DNA of 64,000 nucleotides, from positions 1 through 64,000 of the forward strand of contig JAQGDQ010000870.1 of the NCBI GenBank assembly GCA_030141605.1. The letters are read 5' to 3'. A program made the translations under genes and the position numbers. Under the pieces are notes generated by a model that saw nothing but the letters and a program-made list of their open reading frames with translations, ran no database searches and was not told where the DNA came from. This document shows positions 1 to 11,979 of the stretch, one piece after another. Source of the DNA: Tubiluchus corallicola (Eukaryota; Animalia; Priapulida). Position 1 is the stretch's first letter; each line of letters opens with the position of its first letter.

Positions 1-769
1 TTACTTTCTTTCTTTATTCAATGACTGATTGTTAAATGGCTACGCCTAACTGTCAACACGGGAGTTTGAGTTTACCAGTTTTATTCAGTGTTATTGCTAA
101 TGTAAGCTATGTGTGCAGAAAGACAACAAATTGGTGATGCAAAATTTCAAAACGATTTTTTAGCTTTATGTAAAAATTGCAAAATAAATTGGTTATTAAA
201 TGATATAAATCGTTAATTAATTATTTGTGATGTGCTACCTAAAGAGTAGGAGTTTTTATTAGTGTCAGTACTTGCTTCCTTAATTAGTTAATTAATTAAT
301 TAATTAATTATAACCGAATCCTGGGAATATCAGACAGCGAATTAATAAACATAGTCCTATGAAAATGTTTTAGAATGTATTATAGCACATTGTTTTAGAA
401 TATATTGAAGTATTGTAGCACATTTACTATTGTTCCATATATCAACATCAATTTTTGTACTGTTGATGTTTTGGACGTTTTAACTTGCTAGGTTTACCGC
501 ATCAACCACAAAATTTCTTGACAAGCAGAAGTTCTTTGTGCAGAGAAAAAACATTTCGATGTACGTAATTTTTTGTGTACGTCAATACTATTTTTCCTTA
601 GCGTAGAGCAACTGCTTTGTTGGACATAACTAATAACACCCTCTACGTGCATCGTTAGTTAATGCTGCCAAACTTTACTATTATGTAATTATTATTATTA
701 TTATGTATTATTATGTAAAGTATTACTAATAATTATGTAAAGTATTACAATTTCATTTTGTAGGCAACA

Positions 770-2004
770 ATGAAGTTGTTACTAGTACTGGGACTAATTT
801 TCACGGTAAGCAATAAACATACAGTTTATAGAATGTATATACCATATTTGTCGTGGCATTCTCTTTATCGCGTCATCATCATCATCACCACCACCACTAC
901 CGCCACCGCCACCACCATCACCACCTACACCACCACCACCACAACCACACAATTTTGCAAGTTACCACACAAGTATTTTAAAAAATATACAATAAATAAG
1001 CTTGGCGCCTTCCTTTCATGAAACAGAAGCTCCGAATTTCGTTTTGCAAGGAAAAATTTTCTGGCAAAACTCATGACATCTATTTTGCAACTACACTTGA
1101 GACTAATAATGATCTAAAACTCTCTGTTGAGCTTCGAACCGTAAACCTCTCAACTAATAATGGTGCTGAAAAATTAGCAATGTTTAAATAGCTAGAAGTA
1201 ATAAATACATTTTTTGCTTTGCAGTTGAGTAGAGTAGACTCCAGTGGTGTAAGTTTTGGTACTGGTGCTGGCTACGGAGGCGGTGTAGGCTATGGTGGCG
1301 GTCTTGGATATGGCGGTGGTGCAGGCTACAGTGGTGCGAATTATGGTGGTCAACCGTACGATGTTACATACGACAAGGGTTCCTACGGCGCTCATCTGAA
1401 AGCGGCTTCTGGAGAAAAAGCTGTTGCTGCTGCCGCGAAATCCGCTGGACGTCTGGTGGATGCCAATTATGCCTTGAAGGACAAAACCCATGCGGACTCC
1501 AAAACCAAGGTCCACGCTTACCAACATGCTTACAGGAAGGGCTATCAATGGGCTGAGCCAAAGGAGCACTACAGATACAGCAAACGCAGACCCATTTATG
1601 GTGGATACGGAGGATATGGAGGTGGATATGGATTAGGTGGCTATGGTGGGCACGGTGGATTTGGAGGATATGGAAGTGGCCTTGGTGGTTACGGTGGATT
1701 TGGAGGTGGTTATGGTGGCTATGGTGGATTTGGTGGTTACGGTGGTTATGGGGGTGGCTATGGAGGTTATGGCGGTTACGGTGGCGGCCGCGGTGGTTAC
1801 GGCGGGTTTGGTGGCGGCTATGGTGGTTATGGTGGCTATGGTGGATTTGGTGGTTACGGTGGTTATGGGGGTGGCTATGGAGGTTATGGCGGTTACGGTG
1901 GCGGCCGCGGTGGTTACGGCGGGTTTGGTGGAGGCTATGGTGGATATGGTGGAGGTTACGGTGGATTCGGCGGAGGATATGGAGGTTATGGACGTGGATG
2001 GTAA
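770..2004 (+). CDS. SP1: secreted Gly/Tyr-rich (GGY/GGF repeat) structural-type protein, about 271 aa, 2 coding exons
   Basis: Exon 770-805 (MKLLLVLGLIFT, preceded by acceptor ttttgtag, followed by GTAAG) splices in phase 0 to exon 1225-2004 (tttgcag|LSRVDS...). This gives the signal peptide MKLLLVLGLIFTLSRVDS, then GYGGG repeats, a non-repetitive domain (1357-1602) and a long (GGY/GGF)n tail ending GRGW. Confidence 0.9.
873..950. repeat. (CAT)n/(CAC)n trinucleotide microsatellite in SP1 intron
   Basis: Directly visible tandem repeats; they explain the poly-Thr in the 770..1021 ORF. Confidence 0.9.
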
Positions 2005-2782
2005 ATAATTTCCAAATTAGTAGATTCACCAAATCGAAACTAGCCAAAGTTGTTTATTGTTTGTTAAATATTGTTGTTAACTAATAATATTAATTATTAT
2101 AATAACCATGATAACCATTTTTATGTTAGCAAACTGTGATAACAATTACACCTGTACTAATGACTGGTTGTGGGCGAAGCTGAATTATAAAAAGGAGCTC
2201 TTATTTATAATATTGAGGCCTATGTCGATGAGTGATGACGCTGTCTGTGATAGTAAGTTTTCTTTCAAAGGTATACATTCATGATCAATCATTGTTACTC
2301 ATTCTGTCAATGTTAACAGTTTGTATTATTAAGTGACCTGCAGACTGTGTAACTGTGACAAGCTGCTTATAAATAGATATTTTTGCAAAAAATACTTCTT
2401 GTTTTTTTTCGTCTTTTGACTTATAAGCTTGTGATATTACAAATGAATGTCATAACCATAGTAATAAGTAGCAATTGTTTTCAATCAATTTTAAAATTAA
2501 AAATCATTTCAAAATTCAGCACTATAGTTGAGACGTTGAACGAATTTGAAAACATTTACTGGCAAAAGTAAAGCATGTCCCATGATTGCTATTTCAATAA
2601 ACCTTTGCATTCAGTGTTTACGAATCTCCTCAGTAAACCATCAATAACTAACTGCAGTGTGGCTGCTCTACTAAAGCATGACAAATAAATAAATGAAACG
2701 TAGATCAGCAATCAAACAAGCAAACTGACAGACAAACAAAAAATTACTGCATACTTGTGAAACAAAAGTTAAATATATACAT

Positions 2783-2846
2783 ACACACGCACACGCACAC
2801 GCACACGCACGCACATACACACACACATACACACACACACACACAC

Positions 2847-2897
<51 letters not shown>

Positions 2898-2912
2898 CAT
2901 ATATATATATAT
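2783..2912. repeat. (CA)n/(CACG)n/(TA)n compound microsatellite
   Basis: Directly visible dinucleotide array. Confidence 0.95.
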
Positions 2913-5116
2913 AATAAAACAAAATCAATTTTCCCGTCAAAGGTGGTACTTTGACGAGAAAATTTATTTGAGTTTATTTTGTTTATTTTTCTTATTTTGA
3001 TGCACTTAAGTCTAATATATATTAGAGGTTGAAGAATAATTGAAAAAACAGAAATGGGGATGATTAGCTATACATATGCCTATCGTAGATTAAACGTTTA
3101 TTAAAATTTACAAGTTTTAATCTATAATTGAAAAGTTCTTGTTGTGAATATATGTTCATCGTCTATAGACATGCTCACTATTTTCATGGTCAAGCTTAAA
3201 CATAATTATGTATACTAGATGGCGCCTGTTTTCAAAGGCGGATACGTTTGTTACAATATAACTTATGTATCGAATCTCACCCTCATTATCCCGAAAAAAC
3301 ACAATTTTTCTGATTTTATCGTTCGTTGTATCAAACATATATTAAATGTCGAAGAATAAAATAATGAAAAACACTGTGGGTGATTTGTAGGCTAAATATC
3401 TAAATGTGCCTTAGATAAATGTCATAGGTTCGCATTAAAAATTAACATTAACGTTACAAACAATTAAAAAATGTTTGTAATATATACTGCTGAAAATTTA
3501 TTAGTGTCACTATACGGTTTAAACTTTTAAAAACTTGATGTAAACTTTGCCACACTGGAGAAGATTAGTTTTTTAAAGTGTTAAAACTCTTTCCATGAAT
3601 AATAATAGTTTCGGTCTGCACTGTCATGAAGTAGCAACTAGGTAATATCATTTCGAAAAATGATTTCGAAAAAACAACATTATCAGAGGTCATCCTTTAC
3701 TTCATTTTATTAAGCCACTGCTCCAAGTTGATGAGAGAGAGAGAACATTATTAATCATCTGAGACTGTTTGCATTAAAAAACAAATAAAAGTGTTATATT
3801 TAAAACAAATTGACAGTTTGTTTAAGTGATTGTCTAGTAATATTTTTAGTACTTAGATCTATATACGGCTCGGGAATGGGATTCAATAGTTACCGCCCCT
3901 CTTCAGTAATTACTTTTGCCGCAATTATTATAATAATTATAATGCGCGTAACAGATTAGATTTTTTTATATTCAATGCAAAATAGACTTACGGAAATTCT
4001 CTATATAATATATCGTGGTTCGTATGTATGAAACACAATTTCTGATCATTTGAGAAATGTAAATTCGCTGTCCATTTAAAAAAACTGTACGAAAACATTT
4101 ATGTTTTATGTGTATGATCGATCATATAATTTATATATTGTATCACCAGTCTGATTTCGATATGTAGCTGATGTCACCGTAAACAAATTTTCACATGCAT
4201 AATCATTTTGATGCCTGCATGATCTTTTGAGTCTTGTTTGATTCACATAATTGAGTTACTTTGCTTTTTTATTTTGTTTTACACTCTTTGAAAATCTTCG
4301 GTGACGGTCGGTAAAATTTTCTCGATAATATGTGTCTTATGGGATCTGCCATCGTAATAGTGATTATCATGATGTAGCCTATTGTCAGTGAAAGAAGTGT
4401 TATAACATTCTTATAACCTTGTTATGTTATAACTTGACAACGCTGAATTCTGATAAGCTACCCAATGCCAATTTGAAATCATTATGGAGAAATGCGTTTT
4501 TGGTTTGTTATAATGAGTATAATCAATAAAATGAATGAATAAAAGTTATATAAGAATGACAAAAAAATATGAAACTTAAGCCTTGCGAACCTGCCGACTG
4601 CTCACGTTGGGTAATGAAGTTCAATTCTCGAAATAATATTCTTACTAGTTGCCTAACGTACCTAGGACACCGTATGTTACAGTATTATTCGCAGTACTTT
4701 AGTATCACCATTAAAGGTAGGTTACTACCGTGCTACAGCAGCAGTTTTCTACTTCTAAACTGGCAAAATATAAACAATGAAAGTGAACGTAATTAGTTTA
4801 ACCTATTTAGCTCAAAAACAGACTAAAATGGAAAGCCACTACAAACCCGGTCACAAATATTCAGATTAGAAAGCACTTAATTGCCACTTTTAGCTAATTA
4901 CTGACTGGCCCGCCGACAGTTTAAGACTTGTAGGTGACATATCTTAGCAAAAACCATGTCACTTCGGTCAGAGAATCAAACCCAGTGAAAGTTGTCACAC
5001 ATTATGACATTACTGTGTTAGCAAATAACATCACTGTGCTTCTGCTTTAAAACTCATAGTATATCTTAAGCACTTTTCTAAGACTTAACAACAATATATA
5101 GATTAATCGAAACAAA

Positions 5117-5852
5117 ATGGAAATAATACATTTCCTATTGTTGCTAACAGTAAGTAATTGCATTTTATTTTCTTGTTATTGCAAAATTAGTGCGTCAAAA
5201 TAGAGCAGCAATAATAAGTGACTAAGCTGTAGCTGCTTTGCAAGTGTTTAGATAAGATAAATTGTAAAGATTTTTAGAGCTCAGCTTTGCTCGTGGTTAT
5301 TCGATTCGGTCACATGTATTACAGTTGAGCTGTCTTTTTCTAATCAGTTGTGTCCAATCATTTTGATTTTTATCCCATATGTAGTACCAAATGCTGTTTG
5401 AAGGATTAATCCTTGATTTTTTCACAACTTTTCAGTTGAGTTTGGGATCCGGTTTCAAGGTTCCTCTAAACAACGTCTACTACCACACAACCGGACCACA
5501 CCCGGATAAGTACCTTGGACCAGGATATGTAGGACATGGAGGCCTATCTAGAGCTGCGTATCTACCTATCTTAGGACAACAGGTGGATGGTGTCACCAAC
5601 GTACGACCTCTTTCAGGGCATACCGATCTGAGAACTCAACGAGGCTGGACGAATACGGTTCCTGGTTATGTGTTGGGTTTTGGTGGCAGAGTGGCATACA
5701 GCGATGAGGACCCGGTCAATAAGGTCATATCACACCATCAGGGTGGGTGGGTCCGCGGCGGGAAGGCAAATAATTTTCATTTAGCGAGTTTCAGTCCGTT
5801 TATGAACATCCGAATGGGGTCATACAGGCAGAAATTCCCGGATTTTGGCTAA
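5117..5852 (+). CDS. SP2: small secreted Gly/His/aromatic-enriched orphan protein, about 149 aa, 2 coding exons
   Basis: Exon 5117-5149 (MEIIHFLLLLT|GTAAGT) joins in phase 0 to 5436-5852 (ttttcag|LSLGSGFKVPLNNVYYHTTGPHPDKYLGPGYVGHGG...). The join creates a clean signal peptide, and the exon is GC-richer than its flanks. Confidence 0.82.
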
Positions 5853-6529
5853 TTTCGCCATTTTCAGTGATTTCTGCTTTCAGTGTTTTGTTATCTAGAC
5901 TTTTAAATTATACGTGATTCGCTAAGATCGTAATTTGAACTATTCCTGATTGCTATTTAATTTGCTTTTATGTTTTATAAATTGTAACAAGCAGATAACC
6001 GATTTTTTTATTTCGCAATATATTCTGTTAATTTCTTTCATTATTAGTGCAATTGTTTGTTTGTACGAAAATTACATTGTGTATACTGATGTTCGTAAGT
6101 TGCAAATTAATTATTAATTAATGTTATATGATTTGCGTTATATATGATTAATAAATGAACAAAAAATAACCTGCCTTTATTTTGTCTTCTTAAGTTTTAC
6201 AAACAAATGCGTTGTTCCTTTAGATCAGATTCTTTATTTTGACAGCTAAGTCATAAATTACATAAAAATATACACATTGTTACAATTGTTATTACATTTA
6301 CAATTATAATTATAAAAAATATCTAAAACTACAATCATCAAAAATATAAAAACACTACAATTTTAACCGTCATTTTAACCCTGAGGCATATTTTCAGTTA
6401 AACGCTAACTAGCTAAATGCCTAAATGATATCAAATATATAGTTGTTTTCGTTTACTTTTGAAAATTTTAGATTGAAAATAGGGGGACCGAAATCAAAAT
6501 ACATTTCACATAAAAGTTCTGTAAATGTT

Positions 6530-6880
6530 GTAGTCTAACAAATAGAGAATAGAGAGTAAGCTGAGCAAAGTAAGAGATGCCGTAATTTAAATACATTTGT
6601 CTAGCACTGCAGTCGCACTGAAGTAAGAATAGATTTCTAATACATTTAAGTAATTTTAAAGTCTCTCCATAAATTAAAAAAATTTCTCCACAAATGGCCA
6701 TTCCACAAATAGAAGAGCAATAGGTTTTGAAAAGTAAAGTTTTAATTTCTCTAGAGCTTTTCCAAAATTAGGAACACATATTTGCTCTTCCGGCTAATAA
6801 ACATTTTGCCGCTAGATGGCCTCATCATCATCGGAAGAATCTGTGATGTGTCCTAAATACTTCTCATTGGTTACCGGATT
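6530..6880 (-). mobile_element. degenerate 3' fragment of a non-LTR retrotransposon (LINE, CR1/L2-like) ORF2
   Basis: Minus-strand translation gives EKYLGHITDSSDDDEAI*RQ..., REIKTLLFKTYCSSICGM and IRNLFLLQCDCSARQMYLNYGI. These match the post-RT region of the LINE at 50220-51716 (EKYLGHILSKD..., KRQLFNAYCTTFYCM). Confidence 0.65.
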
Positions 6881-7468
6881 TAACTGAATTTCATTATAAC
6901 CGATTTTTCCAAATTGTATATATTTATAGTTTTTGGTTTTACAGTAATTAACTTAGAATTTTCACAGTTAACTATAATATCAAACTCAATTTAGTCAGCA
7001 GACCATCAAGGACAAATGGCAAAAACGGGTAAAATGCTCATCTAGCTTTTTATAATTCATACAAGAATCTCATTTAGTATCATCAAAGGTGTTTAACTAA
7101 AGTTACAAACCGCCAGCAAAAGCGCAAAAAACACGTAATCTAAATCATCAAACAAAAACGCTAACTCATTGTGACAAAAATACGAAATCGTAAAAAGAGA
7201 AAAACGTAGTGCTTACCTTTCTGTAAATTACAAGATAACATTTAAATTGCGTGATTCAGTTTCCACCTTTATTGTTAAAAAATTACTGCCTCGGTAATTC
7301 CTAGTTTATGCAAGAGCCTAGTCTAAATGACAGTCTTACAGTTTTGTTTCTGAAACAGCCTGAGTCCAATCATAGGTATCTTTTTAAGTATGGGCGTGAT
7401 TCAAACAATTTTTTTCTTAACATTGACTTTGACAAAAAGAAAACCGTAACGGGATAAAGACAACTAGC

Positions 7469-7554
7469 TATAAATAGGCGTCTTCTCCACTTTTATAAAT
7501 TAAGCTGTGGGTAAATGCGTTCGTGTTCAGTGGCTTAGTGGACGAAAGGTAAGC
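7469..7554 (+). promoter_or_regulatory. putative TATA box and non-coding first exon of SP3
   Basis: TATAAATA at 7469-7476, a strong donor AAAG|GTAAGC at 7549, and an acceptor (ttcag, 9259) six bases upstream of the SP3 ATG. Confidence 0.55.
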
Positions 7555-8296
7555 TATATTAAAAAGTGTTTTTCATTTTGTAAATGAAAGTATGAGTGCG
7601 AGATTCTCGCTTACCGTGTAGGCAATTTTTACATTCAAACTAGTTTTTTTGTTAGTTTTATTCCAAATCGTGGATGGTAATTATATGGCTACACACAGAT
7701 GTAGTCTTTAAGATGTTGTTCTTATGATAAAAAAAATCGTATATTGTTTTCTTTTTAATTTAAAGACCAGTGTCCCTATCAACCCCGCATGTTAGGGTGA
7801 ATAGAGACAGCTCTATTTTTAGTTCTTGTACTCATCTTGCATTACATGAGGTGAAACAGGACACAACTTAGGTTTTAAAAAGCGGGTTTTAAAATCAGTT
7901 ACTTTCATATGTAGGATAAATTTACAAAGCTTGGCTATAATAGCGCAGATAATTGATCTCATATCTTAGAAAGAAACCCAACATTTTAGGATGGGTTTCC
8001 GCTAACACAATTTGCTCTTGTATTGTATTGTTTTTATGTTGTTTTCTTGTATTGTGGTCCAGCTGGGAGTCGTTTATACCTGCTTTATAACTGCTCAAAA
8101 ATTCACAAAAAAATAAAGAATGATTCAAAACTGAAAAAATCTATTTAGATATTACTGAAGATAAGTCTCAAATGCCAGCTACTGTTCAACTGATTAGGCC
8201 TTTAAAATAAAAATTTAGACTACCATTATTTGAAAAAATTTAATTTGAAGCGACTTTGAAAACAATTTTATTGAAAGAGCGCTTTGCAAATAAATA

Positions 8297-8298
<2 letters not shown>

Positions 8299-8365
<67 letters not shown>
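8299..8365. repeat. (TTA)n microsatellite
   Basis: Directly visible. Confidence 0.95.
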
Positions 8366-8366
<1 letters not shown>

Positions 8367-9265
8367 TATTATATAATGACATTAATTTATTTACTTACTA
8401 CTTCGTTGTCCACAAAGAACAATATTTTAACTTAAATTTAGACTAACCGCCTAACAGTCGTCCCACTTGTTTTGCTAATGCCTTAAATGCCTTACAGAAA
8501 TGTTTCCAGCACTGTTGTTACTTTCCACAAAAAGTTGATGTAATTAATGTGATAATCTGATCATGACATCTACAACATGACTTACCGAATACACGAAAAA
8601 CTTGCAAGAAAAAGCAATCCGTTTCGTTATCGTTTTATTGCGTACACCTGTTGCTTTTTTATATTGTGGTTCAGAGCATTGATTCAAAACAGCGAAAACT
8701 TTGCGCTAATAATTTGTTCTTTATTGTTGATAGACCTAGTAACAGACTACATTTGGACTGTTGCAGTACGATTTACCTGTAGTCACATATTTTCTCTTTT
8801 CCTCATGATTATTCAGTTGCTTAACTAATAAACTAATTAACTGATCACGAAAAACTTCCAAACGAAAATTATAATTTAGTACTTCCGCCTCGTTCAAGAT
8901 TTTATCAAGTACAGAAATATTTTTGTTGACAAACAATAGATGGTAAAATTGTACTCAAAAATATTATACAGTAAAAACTGGTACACGTATATACGGGAAA
9001 AACTATAATAAAATGGAAAGGGGGAGCTGTGGTTAGATTGACCATGGTGCGAATGTACAGTAGTGGTGTAAACTAAAAGTTCCTAATAAAATACTTTGGC
9101 GCTGATCATAAACCATGTTTGGCGGATTCCTGCCGGTGGGATATGTACCGAGTTAGACTTGAGAATTACTCACGTCTCATTGAAATACAAAAATGGTGTT
9201 TTACATGGTACCAGTATTTCTGCATCTGCTACCTTTTAAAAGACACACAACTGCTTCAGATCAAA

Positions 9266-10576
9266 ATGGATTTCGTCTTCCTCCTCTTCGCCGTGTCCGT
9301 GTTCACTTCTGTTGTCGATGCGGAAGGCTACACAAAAGGGCCGGATTACTTTACAACCGTGATAGCTGGACCTTACACGCACGCTCGTGTTGTAGGAAAT
9401 GGTCAGAAGAGCGCTGTGAGCACTTATATCCGAGAAGGCCATGCGGCCGGCGCTGATTATGCCAGAGACCAGGCCCAAGCGGCGAAAACGTCGGCCCAAG
9501 CAAGAGGATACGACTATGCGCACAGGTATCAAAACTGGATATATATATATATATATATTTTACTCTTACTTAGACTATTAATTATCTAATTATAAATTGT
9601 GCCTAGGCTGCTTTTGAACTTTGATGATAAAATCCTAGACTGGTTCGGTCCAAAAATGAAAAATGAAAAGATTGTGGTTGAGCCTGAATTTGAACCAAAG
9701 ACTTTAGGCAAAGTGATTACCTTGTACGCATTTCACCTGAAGATTCCATCATGGATATTCCAATAATACGTTCTTATAAACAGATGGCACTACAATAACT
9801 GCGCGTTTTATCGCATCAATATGTTTACAGCATTTGTATCGCCAACTACTAAAACTGAGTATTAAACTAATAGAAGTTTATAGACGTTGAATTAAAGATT
9901 TAAAACATATTCGATTGCCACAATTGTAGCTGGCCATGTACCTGCTTATCATTGCAAGTATTACCAATGTAGCCATGCACAAAAACGGTAGAGAATAATA
10001 CAGTGAGTGGATGAGGCTTGCGTGATGTCAACTCAGAAAGTCATCAGTTTTTACTCTCTACATTTAGGTCCTCAGAACTAATGAGAAAACTGACATTGGT
10101 GCAATATTTTCATTTTCAGATCAGGAGCATCATACTATCAACCAAAGTTGTTGTACAGTTACGTCTATGATCAGCCTTTGTTGGGCTACAGAGATGTTAA
10201 TCCCAGCATTCCACACATTGATACAAACATTCAAAAATTGGATTTGCCAATGGTGCCATTTCCGTACCAGCATTTAAATGTACCAGTTAATCATGGACGC
10301 GAATCTACCTACGGTGATGGCACATCTGCTGGTTATCATGGCAAGGAAGATAATGAGTACTTTGACTCCAGATACAGAGCACCCTATGAAAACAATGGGT
10401 ACAGGGTGGAAGAAGGTTACGATGCGCCGTATTATGATCGGTACAATCATTATGGTGTTGACAGTCCTTATGGCGACGAATACAATTCTAAAAAATATAG
10501 AGATGATGGATATGATTACCCTAAAGATTTTCGTGCTCATAGTTATGGCCGACAAAACAATAATCCTTATTACTAA
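9266..10576 (+). CDS. SP3: secreted Tyr/Asp/Gly-rich protein, about 238 aa, 2 coding exons
   Basis: Exon 9266-9525 (MDFVFLLFAVSVFTSVVDA signal peptide ...GYDYAH AG|GTATC) joins in phase 2 to 10120-10576 (ttttcag|A TCA GGA...), restoring the frame of the 10148..10576 ORF. The C-terminal 91 aa contain 19 Tyr. Confidence 0.88.
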
Positions 10577-10867
10577 ATTGATATTACAAAGTGCTCTGGT
10601 AACGTTTCAGAATTGTGAAATGTCTAGATACTTTTTGAACAGATTGTCGTATTTTGTCTAAAAGTTTTGGCCTGAAAATACCACACTTGCTTGATAACTT
10701 TAGCGTTTTTTATGATGTTGTGAAGTACTTATTATGCATAATATAAGAAAAACAATAATTCAACATTGGAATGATATCTTTTTGTGTATGTATAAGATTG
10801 GGGCTATGTTGAACAAATGTTTACAGTTGATAAGAAGAGCTACAAAAACTAAGACAGCCAGTCATTA

Positions 10868-10879
10868 AATAAATTTATT
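10868..10879. terminator. palindromic AATAAA/TTTATT, candidate bidirectional polyadenylation signal
   Basis: AATAAATTTATT lies between the convergent SP3 (+) and SP4 (-) stop codons. Confidence 0.35.
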
Positions 10880-11979
10880 TCAAAGTTTGAGCTATTTACA
10901 TAATACATGTACAATTTAAATTCTGATAAAATAATTGATTGTTCCATCCGTATAGCCTTTATTATTATAGACTGGTTCAATCAAAAACAGACTAGTTTAC
11001 TAAAGACATGATAATAACTGGAATAAGAAACTTGTTTACTCTTGTTAATACGTAATAACAGAGTAATAAAGTAACAACAGCGTCAAAAGTGAGCTGCAAA
11101 AAGGTAAACACGTCAAATATGGGATTTCCAAAGTCTAATTTTAAAATTTTAATAGTTCCAAGATAGATATAACTATTCCTTTAAGATAGTTACGCACATA
11201 TATTCAGTGTAATAATACAAAAAACACTGTTCTATTGTATTCCTTGCGATATTTGGTAGAATTTTCTGCATACAATAAAATAGCGATAAACAGTGAAAAA
11301 ACTTGCAATGTGGTAGATTTTTTTTAAACCCACTGTGTCCACAATTATTGTATCGTTGCTTATCATAATTTTATTTTATTGCAATTAGAGCAGCTGATAT
11401 ATAAATAATTAGTTGATTTATCAAATGATGCACAATAAAACATCAGATGATGTTTATACATTAATTGATGTATAATTAATACTGTTTAAGCCAATTATTA
11501 CTGTAAGCCGCCTTTTTAAATAAGCATTGTCAGTTTTCTAATTCCTTTGATAAACAAAAACCAATGCAAAATTTTACAAGCTATTTATAAAAAACAGCTA
11601 TTACACTTCTCATCTTATTTTATACAAACGCTTTCTTTTACAGTTGTCTATTACAGTATTGGTTTAGATCAGGCTATACTTATCACAAAATACTAGAAAA
11701 GAATAGGCGCTTTCTTTAATTAAGCCGTGCTTTCGTTCTTTGGGAATCACTATAAGCTCTTTCTTGAAAGTAAAACTAATTATCGACTGAAATTTAGCAT
11801 GGATTTGACTTTTTAATGTGTTACACTAATTTCATACTTTTACTCTAAACTGAAGAGACTGGAGAAACGCTGCAAACACTCATCTTCTAGATCAACTCCA
11901 TAGTTATTTTGACTACAGCATTCTTTCAATAAATACTACATGTATTTACAAGTCAGAGAGGTGATGGTCGTCTGAGTGT

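Noticed and set aside
1582-1593. KRR as a proprotein convertase site releasing the SP1 Gly-rich tail
   Set aside because: Lacks the R-x-K/R-R furin consensus, is followed by Pro, and falls inside the segment that aligns with SP3, where it is not conserved.
1364-2047. 227-aa His/Arg/Asn-rich ORF (minus) and 123-aa Val/Met/Ala ORF (1637..2008)
   Set aside because: Antisense and alternative-frame shadows of the SP1 GGY codon repeats; no signal peptide or splice support.
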